IMG/VR virus record: IMGVR_UViG_3300002144_000620
Span: 32,001 to 96,000 of that record
Length of the DNA: 64,000 nt
Direction: 5' to 3' (one strand)
Origin: a virus
Below the pieces are notes generated by a model that was not told the origin of the DNA, did not search any database, and was given only the letters and a program-made list of their open reading frames with translations. Positions 1-9,349 of this stretch are shown piece by piece (position 1 is the first letter of the stretch; every line of letters starts with the position of its first letter). The translations under genes and the position numbers were made by a program.

Positions 1-192
1 GAATTCTATTTCCTTACCATCATCTTTAAATTCAGGTGAATCGGTTACACCCTCAATATCTGGAAAGGATTCTGATAAATTAAAGGGGTTTATCGGTCCC
101 TCAATTTCTTTTTCAAACTCAAATTCATATAGATCTTTAAGTTTTGTTACGTGATCACGTAAAATATTATTTATTGTTACACCAACTACCAT
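1..192 (-). CDS. Partial ORF running off the left edge; possible degenerate HAD/5'-nucleotidase-like phage protein
   Basis: Own translation from ATG at 192: MVVGVTINNILRDHVTKLKDLYEFEFEKEIEGPINPF..., open to position 1. N-terminus loosely resembles a HAD motif-I region. Confidence 0.45.
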   Translation of the reverse strand, partial: MVVGVTINNILRDHVTKLKDLYEFEFEKEIEGPINPFNLSESFPDIEGVTDSPEFKDDGKEIEF

Positions 193-243
193 GCTATTTT
201 TTTATAAAAATAATAGTAAGTTGGTGTAAAATAAAGTCTACAT

Positions 244-999
244 TTAATTTTCTCTAAATATTTGTTCTATTTTTTTTATTAAAGGGTTTCTAACAACATC
301 ATCTTCATTAAGTATGACAGTACCAACTTCATCAAAGTCACTAAATTTACCTATGATAAAGTTGAGGGAACTTTGGTCTTTTCTTTTCATGTCAATTTGG
401 TTTTCGTCACCCAAGAATATCATCTTAGAGTTTTCACCTAATCTTGTCATTATTGTTCTTATGTTATCTATTGAGATATTTTGCGCCTCATCGATTATTA
501 CGATAGAGTTATCTATGTTAATACCTCTCATGTATGCTATTGGCATTTCTTCGATCATACCAGCATTTCTTAACATCTCAACATTGTACTTACCAATAAC
601 CTTTTCAAAATTATGCATGAATGAGTACATAAAAGGTTCCATTTTTTCTTTCATAGTTCCCTTTAAGAAACCTATTTCTTCATCCTTTAAAGTTGTAACC
701 GATTTAACAATAATAATTTTTCGGTATCTACCATCATTTTTAATTAAATCTAAAGCTACAGCACATGATAGAAATGTTTTGCCAGTACCTGGTAAGCCAG
801 AACATATAACCATTTCTTTATTTTTTATCTCTTTAACTAATTTTTTTTGGTTAATTGTTTTACATTTTATATCAACCCTTAATTTATCTAAGATATTACC
901 ACCATGATGATTTGCTGACATCGATTCTAAGATGTCATGTTCCTCTTCAGGGGATAATTTTCTTTTTGATTTTCTATTAGATATTGGTCTACCACTCAT
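244..999 (-). CDS. phoH: PhoH-family ATPase
   Basis: GLPGTGKT Walker A; IGFLKG, MRG, IIDEAQN, TRLGENSK, GDENQID and VVRNPL PhoH motifs. Confidence 0.95.
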   Translation of the reverse strand: MSGRPISNRKSKRKLSPEEEHDILESMSANHHGGNILDKLRVDIKCKTINQKKLVKEIKNKEMVICSGLPGTGKTFLSCAVALDLIKNDGRYRKIIIVKSVTTLKDEEIGFLKGTMKEKMEPFMYSFMHNFEKVIGKYNVEMLRNAGMIEEMPIAYMRGINIDNSIVIIDEAQNISIDNIRTIMTRLGENSKMIFLGDENQIDMKRKDQSSLNFIIGKFSDFDEVGTVILNEDDVVRNPLIKKIEQIFREN

Positions 1000-1005
1000 A
1001 AATTT

Positions 1006-1302
1006 TTAATTTTTAAAATAATTTTCACTGTTTATATTTTTATCATCAATGAATAAATCGTAAGGTGGTTTACCGAATTTTAGTTCGTGGTATTTAACCC
1101 CCCACTCTTTAAACTGTTTCTTAGTTAATTCAGAGTGGTCTATGCCAGTGACCGAACCTCTAGCTGTCCAATAAACAATTGTATTACCTTCATCGTATAA
1201 TTTATTTATTTTATCTATTCTGTCAGGTATAGGTTTTGATTTTGTGTAATCAGTACTATCTGTCTTAAATATTGTATTATCTATATCTACGTATATTAAC
1301 AT
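1006..1302 (-). CDS. Small HAD-superfamily phosphatase (capsule-biosynthesis phosphatase-like)
   Basis: YVDIDNTI (DxD motif I), YWTARG (motif II), GKPPYDLFIDDK (motifs III/IV). Confidence 0.85.
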   Translation of the reverse strand: MLIYVDIDNTIFKTDSTDYTKSKPIPDRIDKINKLYDEGNTIVYWTARGSVTGIDHSELTKKQFKEWGVKYHELKFGKPPYDLFIDDKNINSENYFKN

Positions 1303-1305
1303 ACA

Positions 1306-2151
1306 TTACTTTCTCAAACTTTTCATTTTCGATAACTCACCACCAAATAATTCTCTTGGTCCTTCTGGTATTAATAAAGATTCTTCAATATCTCGTATAC
1401 CTTTAACCAATTTAAATAAACCAGATGGTTCAATAGATGCTGAGTGATCTGACCCCCACATACCTCTGTCTAATGTTATATGACGCTCTACCCATGTCAC
1501 ACCCATCGGTATTGTAGCAAAAGTAGTTACTAAACCGTATTCGTGTCCACTATAACCTATTTCTTTTTCGGTGTAATGGTTTTTTAACCATGTTATATAA
1601 TTTAAGTTTAATTCACTTACTGGGCATGGGTATGTTGAGTTTGTGTGCATTATAACGTCAGGGTTACACGAGTCTATACATAAAGTTACTTCATCTTCAT
1701 TACTCATACCCGTTGAGACCATTAGGTAGTCAGCTTTATCTCTAGCGTATTTACATAGTTCGATATCGGTTATTAGTGCTGATGGTATCTTCATAGCGAT
1801 TCCTAGATCACTTTTATACCTCATCATAAAGTCTACTGACGTTTTGTCCCAAACGGATGCAAACCAATTAATACCAATCTCTTTGCAGAATCTGTCTATC
1901 TCATCATATTCAATCTCACCAAACTCAGTTTTCCATTTGTATTCTAAGTAAGTTATCTCACCCCACGGTGTTTGTCTCATCTTATTTTTTTGTTCTTCTG
2001 GTACACAGATATCTGGGTTTCTTTTTTGAAACTTAACGTAATTACAGCCAGCTGCTTTAGCCACTAATATTAATTGTTTGGCAATATTAATGTCACCGTT
2101 GTGATTAATACCTATTTCACCTATTATTTTAACACTATTTTTTTTATTCAT
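1306..2151 (-). CDS. neuB: NeuB-family nonulosonic acid (Neu5Ac/KDN-9-P) synthase, without a C-terminal SAF/antifreeze-like domain
   Basis: IIGEIGINHNGD, VKFQKR, KIPSA, STGMS, HTNSTYP, GYSGHE, ERHITLDRGMWGSDHSASIEP. Confidence 0.93.
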   Translation of the reverse strand: MNKKNSVKIIGEIGINHNGDINIAKQLILVAKAAGCNYVKFQKRNPDICVPEEQKNKMRQTPWGEITYLEYKWKTEFGEIEYDEIDRFCKEIGINWFASVWDKTSVDFMMRYKSDLGIAMKIPSALITDIELCKYARDKADYLMVSTGMSNEDEVTLCIDSCNPDVIMHTNSTYPCPVSELNLNYITWLKNHYTEKEIGYSGHEYGLVTTFATIPMGVTWVERHITLDRGMWGSDHSASIEPSGLFKLVKGIRDIEESLLIPEGPRELFGGELSKMKSLRK

Positions 2152-2776
2152 TGTAATATTTTTTATTTAAAAGTATATAATCATTTTGTTTAACATTTAT
2201 TGATGATGATTTAAATATAGAGTAAAAACCTTTATTGTAAATATATTCTAAAACCTCTGGTTCTAATGTTTGTCCGTTAAAATATTCAACCTCTTCAGTT
2301 TCAATTTGTAAGACTTTAATGTTTTCCAATAAATTACCAAAGCTTTCTAGAGCCTCTAATGTGGCGCCTTCAACGTCTATTTTAACTAAGTCTGGTGTTG
2401 GTGAGTTATTTTTATTTATAAATGTATCCATTCTTTTGCATTCTAACTCAACCAATACTTCTTTAGTTTTAGATAAATTTTGTTCAAAAATACTATGTAT
2501 ACCATTTTTTTCTTTATGAAAAAAATTAGTTTTACCATCGTAATTACGTATAATCATGTTATGGAAATTAACTTTATCCGTATCTTTACCTAATAAGAAT
2601 TTTTCGTAATTATCAGGTAAACCTTCAAACCCAATAACTTTACAGTTGAATAGTTCCGATAATAGAAAACTGTCAAATCCGTTAAGGCAACCTATATCGT
2701 AAATTAATTTTATTTCAGAAGTGTTTATTTTTTTATCTAAAACACTTTTTATTGTTTGCATCTCTAATCTCGCCAT
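2144..2776 (-). CDS. FkbM-family SAM-dependent methyltransferase
   Basis: IYDIGCLNG, GFEGLPDNY, PDLVKIDVEGATLEAL. Start moved from 2839 to ATG 2776 (or 2761) to limit overlap with the upstream gene. Confidence 0.85.
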   Translation of the reverse strand: MARLEMQTIKSVLDKKINTSEIKLIYDIGCLNGFDSFLLSELFNCKVIGFEGLPDNYEKFLLGKDTDKVNFHNMIIRNYDGKTNFFHKEKNGIHSIFEQNLSKTKEVLVELECKRMDTFINKNNSPTPDLVKIDVEGATLEALESFGNLLENIKVLQIETEEVEYFNGQTLEPEVLEYIYNKGFYSIFKSSSINVKQNDYILLNKKYYNE

Positions 2777-3615
2777 TTTTCGTAAATTTTTATATATTCG
2801 TTTGCGATTATTTCTGGATCCCAATTTGCTTCCATCCATAATCTAGTTTTATACCCAATATCTAATATATCATCTAATCCAGATTCAATTAAATCTATTA
2901 ATTTATTCTCTAAATCATAATAATAGACATTTATAAACGGGTTATTTTTAGCACCTGAAGATCTTAGTAATACCTCCTCCACGCTATTGTCGGTTGAGCA
3001 TATTGTTGCAATACCCATAGCCATTGATTCTAAGCCAGATCTATGGTATGATGATGTTTTAACTTCATCTATGAATATGTTACACATCGACTTTCTATCT
3101 AGACACACTTCTAGTGGTACACCAGTTATTATATCTAACTCAACTTTACCCTTATATAGTTCTTTTATTCTATTTAAGATTGGTATGGTCTCTGAATAAC
3201 CTTTATCAGCCCATTCGGATGTTGGTTCTATCGTTGATGGAGAGTAACCTATACGTATAACTTTATCTTGGTATTTAGGTAAAAAATCTATGTCGTATAA
3301 ATCAACTGGGTTTCTAACTATTCTACAATTATGGTACTCTTTTAGTGTTGCGTGATACTGCGCTATAACCAATTTCGGTAAACTAACATTTAAGTCAACT
3401 CTAAAGGGTTCACTATGATATTGTATGATACTTTTTTTATTGGTTCTAAAGACTTTATTATGTTGATGTATGATGTCTGAATCAGGTCTTATTAATTTAT
3501 TAGGATACGAATATCCTATTACAAATGATTGATGATCAGTATATTTATTAATTACACCACTAATAGCCTCAGGAGCTTTAGCTATGCTAGTATTTTTAGT
3601 GTGTGTTATCACCAT
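2764..3615 (-). CDS. Glycosyltransferase, GT-B/GT4-like
   Basis: C-terminal IFIDEV...SGLESMAMGIATIC resembles the GT4 donor-binding E-x-M-A-x-G segment; lies in a glycosylation cluster. Confidence 0.7.
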   Translation of the reverse strand: MVITHTKNTSIAKAPEAISGVINKYTDHQSFVIGYSYPNKLIRPDSDIIHQHNKVFRTNKKSIIQYHSEPFRVDLNVSLPKLVIAQYHATLKEYHNCRIVRNPVDLYDIDFLPKYQDKVIRIGYSPSTIEPTSEWADKGYSETIPILNRIKELYKGKVELDIITGVPLEVCLDRKSMCNIFIDEVKTSSYHRSGLESMAMGIATICSTDNSVEEVLLRSSGAKNNPFINVYYYDLENKLIDLIESGLDDILDIGYKTRLWMEANWDPEIIANEYIKIYEKWRD

Positions 3616-4591
3616 AGTAAGTTATGATATTGTCTTTTTTATTGTATTCGTATGCGTTACCTATTATAAAATCCTTTTCATTATCATAGTTATGTACTTT
3701 AGATATAACATATTTTAAACCCTCTTCAGTTCTTAATATACTTTTTTCACCGTCTTTATAGAAATTAAAACCGATTAAGTTGATTTCTTTATAACCACCT
3801 AATTTTTTTAATAATTTTAACATAACTAAACCGCTAGTGGATGGGTTTGAGTCATTAGTTACCCCTAACAAATCATTATGGTGGTTGTATTTTAATATAA
3901 TACTTTGTTTAAACTTATCTAATTTCAACACAATATCTCGCCAATTTTGCATTTTATTCGATATTATAAATCTTATTGGTACAAATTTATCTAAATTAAC
4001 TACTTGTAAGTATACACTCGTATGTATTGTCGTTTTGTTACCAGTAAAAACCTTATCGATTTTATAGGAATTAAATCTAATAACTATATCGTGATCATCT
4101 ATAAATTTACCTTTTTTTAATTTTAATAGATCGGATGAATTAGCCACTAATACGATTCGCTTACCTTTAATAAATCTTTTAAAATTAATTAGTGATAAAA
4201 ACGATATTTTTTTTTTATTATTACCTAAAAATAAATTAACTTTATTATCATAATTAATGATTTCACTATTATCATTATTAATGATTTCACTATTATCATT
4301 ATTAAGGATAATATTATCCGTATTTATTTGGTGTAATTTGTTTTCGTCTATAGGGGCACAGATACCCTTTTTAATAATTATTGGTCGTGTATCTGATTTC
4401 AGATTTTTACCATCTTTAAACGTAACACGAATCGTTGTACTTGGCTGGATAGGTCCAACCATTTCTATAACTGGTTCTATAACTGGTTCTATAACTGGTT
4501 CAGGTGCCCTTACAACTGGCGCCATAACTTTATTTACGAGTTTCTTTGATTTATTATTTAGAAACTTATCTTTTCTTGTGAAGTAACTCAT
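3596..4591 (-). CDS. GT29-like (sialyltransferase-like) protein with a ~130-aa low-complexity N-terminal extension
   Basis: Sialylmotif-L-like IVLVANSSDLL..GKFIDDHDIVIRFN..GNKTT; S-like PSTSGLVML..INLIGFNFY; VS-like HNYDNE. Confidence 0.75.
   Translation of the reverse strand: MSYFTRKDKFLNNKSKKLVNKVMAPVVRAPEPVIEPVIEPVIEMVGPIQPSTTIRVTFKDGKNLKSDTRPIIIKKGICAPIDENKLHQINTDNIILNNDNSEIINNDNSEIINYDNKVNLFLGNNKKKISFLSLINFKRFIKGKRIVLVANSSDLLKLKKGKFIDDHDIVIRFNSYKIDKVFTGNKTTIHTSVYLQVVNLDKFVPIRFIISNKMQNWRDIVLKLDKFKQSIILKYNHHNDLLGVTNDSNPSTSGLVMLKLLKKLGGYKEINLIGFNFYKDGEKSILRTEEGLKYVISKVHNYDNEKDFIIGNAYEYNKKDNIITYYGDNTH
4253..4300. repeat. 24-bp in-frame tandem repeat x2 (NNDNSEII)
   Basis: attaatgatttcactattatcatt twice. 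Confidence 0.85.
4463..4501. repeat. 12-bp in-frame tandem repeat x3 (EPVI)
   Basis: ttctataactgg three times. Confidence 0.9.
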
Positions 4592-5213
4592 TTAACTCTT
4601 TTTCCGTATCAATATCAATAACATCACTTATCCCAAAAAAATAAGTTTCGTTATTATATAAATTATTATTTAGTTTATTAATCTCATTTATATTAAATAT
4701 ACTGATGTAGTGTGATATTTCAAAAATATTTGGATAATCTTGTCTACGATACATATCATGTTTAATTAGTTGGGTACCTTTATTTTCACCAGTATCCAAC
4801 ATGTATAAATACGGGTGTGTACCTTTTATATCTTTTTTACATAATAAACTTTTAATATTTTTATTAGTAAAAATATTATACACCTCTTTGATCTGATTAA
4901 ACGTTCTTTCTGGATAAGTTAAGTATAACATTATTACCACATCGTCTTCATTTAAATCACCGTTTTTTACGAGGTATTCAACAACTTCTTTTGTACTAGT
5001 TGTATCAATAGATAGCTCGTCTGGTCTAATAGATACCCTTAAACCAATTGATTCACATTTTTCGATTAAGTATTCATCGTCTGTTGATACAATTATTTGT
5101 TTATGGTATTCTTTTGGTATAACATCAATAGTTTTATTAAAAAGTAATCTATTTTTAAATGGTAATCCTTTTGAGTTCCTTCTGGCTGGTATTAGTATTT
5201 TTACGTTATTCAT
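4566..5213 (-). CDS. neuA: CMP-nonulosonate synthetase (acylneuraminate cytidylyltransferase)
   Basis: LIPARRNSKGLPFKN, VSTDD, RPDELS, RRQDYP, IDIDTEKE. Confidence 0.9.
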   Translation of the reverse strand: MNNVKILIPARRNSKGLPFKNRLLFNKTIDVIPKEYHKQIIVSTDDEYLIEKCESIGLRVSIRPDELSIDTTSTKEVVEYLVKNGDLNEDDVVIMLYLTYPERTFNQIKEVYNIFTNKNIKSLLCKKDIKGTHPYLYMLDTGENKGTQLIKHDMYRRQDYPNIFEISHYISIFNINEINKLNNNLYNNETYFFGISDVIDIDTEKELNELLHKKR

Positions 5214-5745
5214 CTATTAAAACTTTAACCTTACCGTTATTAATTAAACCATCTACTAACTTTTTTTCAATTTCTGGGTTATGACCAGACATTTTACAAT
5301 CATCTTTATAATAATGAACACCTCCAGTAAAAAAGTCGAAACCATGTATTTTGACCATATAACCTTTTGATATAAAGTAATATATCATTAGTATGCCAGT
5401 TGTAGCCCATAACCCATTAGTATTTATTATTTTATTAATTTGGTTATAAAAAATAAGTGGTACTATGGTGTGCCCACTTTTTTCAAGGATGTTTAAAGTT
5501 TCGGTGTTGTGTGGTAATAAACCTGGGTATACATAAATTTTTTCATCAAAATTAGTATCTAAATGTTTTTTAGAAAATTTTGTTCTAACCCATATGTTTG
5601 TTTTTGTACCAACAAAATCCTCATAACCGTTTAACTCAAAATCATTGAATCTAACAACGGTCTCATGTGAATCAATTAAGTCACGACATTTATTTTTCAA
5701 ACACGATGGTCCGTTACCTATTAATAATATCTCTTTAACACTCAT
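5206..5745 (-). CDS. GT29-like sialyltransferase (minimal catalytic domain)
   Basis: L-like LLIGNGPS..IDSHETVVRFN..GTKT; S-like ATTGILMI..VKIHGFDF; motif-III HYY; VS-like HNPEIE. Confidence 0.8.
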   Translation of the reverse strand: MSVKEILLIGNGPSCLKNKCRDLIDSHETVVRFNDFELNGYEDFVGTKTNIWVRTKFSKKHLDTNFDEKIYVYPGLLPHNTETLNILEKSGHTIVPLIFYNQINKIINTNGLWATTGILMIYYFISKGYMVKIHGFDFFTGGVHYYKDDCKMSGHNPEIEKKLVDGLINNGKVKVLIDE

Positions 5746-7187
5746 AATACTTTTATAGCCTTTTCTAAATCTGAATTAAAATTTTCTATATGTTTATCTT
5801 TAGTAAAATCATACTGGTAACCTAAGGCTCTTTCTCTGTTAAAACTACTTAATCTATTATGGTAATTTTTCATTTTATTTAAAAAATATTCTAAACCAAT
5901 TTTTTTATAGTGTAATAGCTTTATTGGTTCTTTGAAATAAATAACATTACCCACTGGACTAGCCACATGACAACCAAAATTAAAATTAATTTCACTAATA
6001 TCGTTAGGTTTAAACATACATAATTTATTAAAATGATCATGTTTATAACCGTATTTAACGTCATTAACTATGTTTTCAGTCGTTGTAACGTCAAAACTTT
6101 CGATTATCATGTCATAACCCTCTGGTTTCACTATAGTGGCCTCACTGTTGTTAAAATTGGTTATGTATTCGTTTATGTTTTCTGTATAGAGAAATTCATC
6201 CATATCACAGACAATAACAATATCTGATTTACCTCTAGAATTTTTCCATAAACTATTTTTTATTTGTAAGTAAGCATCGTCACGTATTTCACCACCAGTA
6301 TCGTAACTAATAATAGTTACTTTAGGGTGTTTGTTTAATATCTTAACACTATTGTCGTCAGATTTATTATCATAAACTATAATTTTATTAACCCAGTTCT
6401 CGTAATGTTTTAAAAATGATGGAATTATTTTCTCTTCGTTCCAACATAAAACATGTAGGTCTACTTTAGGTAATGATTTATCAAAAATTATTTGTGATAC
6501 ATCTTCGTTTAATGTTAGTGGTAGTTTTTCTGAATATTTTTTCTCAAAAATTTCTTTATTACTAACCCATTCATCGTTGGTACCCCCAATTGATTTATGT
6601 ATTAACTTTATATTTGATATTAAACCTAACTTAGCACCGTTTATGTGGTTTTCAAAACAGAATGATATGTCGTAAAAATGGAACCCCTTAAAAGATTCAT
6701 CAAATTTATTTTTTATCTTATTTCTATCCACAGCCAGAAATAGACCATCAAGTACAATCATTTCTTTTAATTGATTACCATAATTGGTTGAGTATTTATT
6801 TTCCCAGGTCTTATTACCATCAGTGTGTTTTACCGTACCGTGCATAGCGTTACGTATTTCCCACCACATACCATTAATCATATGGTTGGTACCAGCTACA
6901 CCTAGTATAGAATATTCTGGGTTTTTACTAAACTGTTTTATTAGTTTATCACCCCAATTTTTGGTTTCGAATATTATATCGTCATGACAAAAAACAATTA
7001 TATCACTAGAAGCTTCTTTTAAACCTTTATTGTATATTTCTGTTAGAGAGTATTCTCCGTTATTTACATAAGGTAATATTTCAACACCTTTATGTAGACA
7101 CGTTTTTTCTAGATGATCTATAAAGGATTGGTCGATTAACCTTGTTGAATAAACTATACTTATTTTAACGTTTATCATTTTCTTCAT
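5742..7187 (-). CDS. Two-domain GT-A (GT2-like) glycosyltransferase fusion
   Basis: N-domain YNKGLKEASSDIIVFCHDDI..LDGLFL..FHFYD; C-domain CWNEEKII..IVYDNKSDDNS..IVCDMDEF. Confidence 0.85.
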   Translation of the reverse strand: MKKMINVKISIVYSTRLIDQSFIDHLEKTCLHKGVEILPYVNNGEYSLTEIYNKGLKEASSDIIVFCHDDIIFETKNWGDKLIKQFSKNPEYSILGVAGTNHMINGMWWEIRNAMHGTVKHTDGNKTWENKYSTNYGNQLKEMIVLDGLFLAVDRNKIKNKFDESFKGFHFYDISFCFENHINGAKLGLISNIKLIHKSIGGTNDEWVSNKEIFEKKYSEKLPLTLNEDVSQIIFDKSLPKVDLHVLCWNEEKIIPSFLKHYENWVNKIIVYDNKSDDNSVKILNKHPKVTIISYDTGGEIRDDAYLQIKNSLWKNSRGKSDIVIVCDMDEFLYTENINEYITNFNNSEATIVKPEGYDMIIESFDVTTTENIVNDVKYGYKHDHFNKLCMFKPNDISEINFNFGCHVASPVGNVIYFKEPIKLLHYKKIGLEYFLNKMKNYHNRLSSFNRERALGYQYDFTKDKHIENFNSDLEKAIKVL

Positions 7188-7479
7188 CTTCTTCTATTAA
7201 GTCATAATCGGTATTATCTTCCTTAAATTTAAGAACTGGTATGATACCATTAACTTTTTGTATAAATGTAAATTGTAAAGCAACTTCATTTAACTCTCTT
7301 TCCAGAAAAGTAGCTAACTTATATTCTTCCGAATTCATCGGATAAACAAAAGCGTACAAAACTTTATCACCAACCTGTATTCTTTTACCAGACCATACTG
7401 TTTTATATTCAACACGCTCAAGTACATCTGGTGTAATCGTCTTGTAAGCTTTTATCTGATCTTTAAATTCGTTGTACAT
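7165..7479 (-). CDS. Hypothetical protein
   Basis: ORF packed between dUTPase and the GT. Likely start MYNEFKDQ at 7479, just after the dUTPase stop. Confidence 0.6.
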   Translation of the reverse strand: MYNEFKDQIKAYKTITPDVLERVEYKTVWSGKRIQVGDKVLYAFVYPMNSEEYKLATFLERELNEVALQFTFIQKVNGIIPVLKFKEDNTDYDLIEEDEENDKR

Positions 7480-7480
7480 A

Positions 7481-8065
7481 TCATTTAATACCTGTGGATC
7501 CAAACCCGCCATCACCTCTTTCTGAGGTTGATAACACATCTTTCTTTATAAATTTTGTTTTACCTATAGTTTGTACAGCAGAAATAACACCTTGTGCAAT
7601 TCTATCACCGTTATTAATAAAAAACCCTGAAGTCTGGTCCGTATTGTATAGAATAATACCTATCTCACCCCTATAACCAGAATCAACAGTTCCAGGGCTA
7701 TTTAGTACCATGATACCGTTTTTTAAAGCTAAACCACTTCTAGATCTAACTTGTAATTCATAACTAGAAGGGATTTCGAAATATAAACCAGTGGGTATTA
7801 AAGCTCTTTGACCAGGTTTAATCGTAATCGGTTCGTTAATAAATGCTCTAATATCAAAACCGCTATCACCATCTTTTTCATAAGATGGGTCTGGGTTATT
7901 AGATTTATTAACAAAAGAAACTTTCAATTTAACATTCATTGTTTCTGGGTCGTAATCCCAGTCACCCATTAAGTTGGTTGTTTGACCCAATAAGTCGTCT
8001 AAATCTCTTTTCATCCCGTCATTAAGGAATTCACTCATATCCATATTTTCTAAAAAATTGTTCAT
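7481..8065 (-). CDS. dut: Trimeric dUTPase
   Basis: All five motifs: SGFDIRA, RSRSGLA, GTVDSGYRGEI, GDRIAQ, RGDGGFGSTG. Confidence 0.97.
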   Translation of the reverse strand: MNNFLENMDMSEFLNDGMKRDLDDLLGQTTNLMGDWDYDPETMNVKLKVSFVNKSNNPDPSYEKDGDSGFDIRAFINEPITIKPGQRALIPTGLYFEIPSSYELQVRSRSGLALKNGIMVLNSPGTVDSGYRGEIGIILYNTDQTSGFFINNGDRIAQGVISAVQTIGKTKFIKKDVLSTSERGDGGFGSTGIK

Positions 8066-8066
8066 A

Positions 8067-9290
8067 TCAAATTAATGTTTTGTATATTTCAGCTCTAACT
8101 TTTGTTACGTTATTAATATCGTAACGATCTTTAACAGTTTCATATAATTTTTCACCTAAATCAATAACTAAATTAGGGTTATCGATTAAACGCTTTGCCT
8201 GTTGACTCCATTGTTTATGGTTTTTAGTTGTTTCTACTAGTAATGAGTTACCATCACTATTTGATGTGCCACCCTTGTTAATAGCCGATATAAGATCAAT
8301 AGTATAAGGTCCGTAATTTTGTGCAATGATAGCCTTTTTATGGAAACCAGCCTCAATAACTTTTAACTGAGATTTATATTTGTTGAATGGGCTATCATTT
8401 AGCGGTATTAGTGCTATATCGAATTCGTTATAACCTTTAGCGTAGTTATCAATATTTTTAGTCCAAATTCTTCTATAAGGCATATCTTTATCATTATAGT
8501 TTATTTCTGGATCAAATTTTAATAAGTGTTTTAGGTACTCTGACTCACCTTCTAATAATCTAAAATTATTTGTGATAAAAACCTCGTACATAAACCAGGT
8601 GGTCTCAAGTGGTTGCATTTGTCTCTCCATCCACTGATTGGTTTCTTTGTTAAAAGTCCTAACCGTACCTCTAGTATCAAAACCACACAAAACAAACTGA
8701 ATATCATTTTTGTTACCACTTGTTGTTTGTGGTATACCTTTAAGTAATTCAATATCTTTTATATGAGATGAACCGCCAAGCCACCCGAATCTAAGTCTAT
8801 CTGATTCAGTTGGATTTGGTTTAAATTGTTGTTCATTTGGGTTTATTGCGTTTGGTAAAACAATGCAATTCTTATTATGTTTTAAAACTTCTTTTTGTAA
8901 TATATCAGTAGTTACAGTAACTAGGTCAGATTTTTTAACTAGGTTAACTATAGTACCAGCATAATTATTTTGTTTAGCTTGGTGGTATAAACCGTGTGAT
9001 GGGTCTAAGTTCCAATGATCATCTAAATCTAGTATAATTTTACCACCAAATGATTTTATTTTTTTAAAAATTTCTTCACTCTGAGCATAATTAGCCCCAG
9101 GGACTCTATGAAAGAAGAATAAATGGAATTTTTTTAAATAGTTATCATCATTAAAGTCTATATTTTGGTTTATCTCAACAAAAAAATCTTCATTGTGATT
9201 ATTTTGAAGCGTTACGTGTGGGTCTATACATCTGTATTTGCCAGATCCAGCACGATCGTTTGGGTTTACTAGGATATTTATCTTACTCAT
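8067..9290 (-). CDS. Glycosyltransferase, GT4-like
   Basis: DLDDHW, VTVTT, VLPNAI, GWLGGSSH, DIALIPL..FNKYKSQLKVIEAG. Confidence 0.85.
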   Translation of the reverse strand: MSKINILVNPNDRAGSGKYRCIDPHVTLQNNHNEDFFVEINQNIDFNDDNYLKKFHLFFFHRVPGANYAQSEEIFKKIKSFGGKIILDLDDHWNLDPSHGLYHQAKQNNYAGTIVNLVKKSDLVTVTTDILQKEVLKHNKNCIVLPNAINPNEQQFKPNPTESDRLRFGWLGGSSHIKDIELLKGIPQTTSGNKNDIQFVLCGFDTRGTVRTFNKETNQWMERQMQPLETTWFMYEVFITNNFRLLEGESEYLKHLLKFDPEINYNDKDMPYRRIWTKNIDNYAKGYNEFDIALIPLNDSPFNKYKSQLKVIEAGFHKKAIIAQNYGPYTIDLISAINKGGTSNSDGNSLLVETTKNHKQWSQQAKRLIDNPNLVIDLGEKLYETVKDRYDINNVTKVRAEIYKTLI

Positions 9291-9349
9291 TAGTTACTAT
9301 TTGTATAATAATAACGAATTTAAATTAAAAATCAAAGGTTATTGTTAAT

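Noticed and set aside
314-907. 197-aa plus-strand ORF and other antisense ORFs (e.g. 4257-4586, 11729-12055, 35020-35469, 39826-40209, 41447-41932, 58619-59014)
   Set aside because: They lie opposite well-supported genes, have the hydrophobic/Ser-rich composition typical of shadow frames, and show no motifs.
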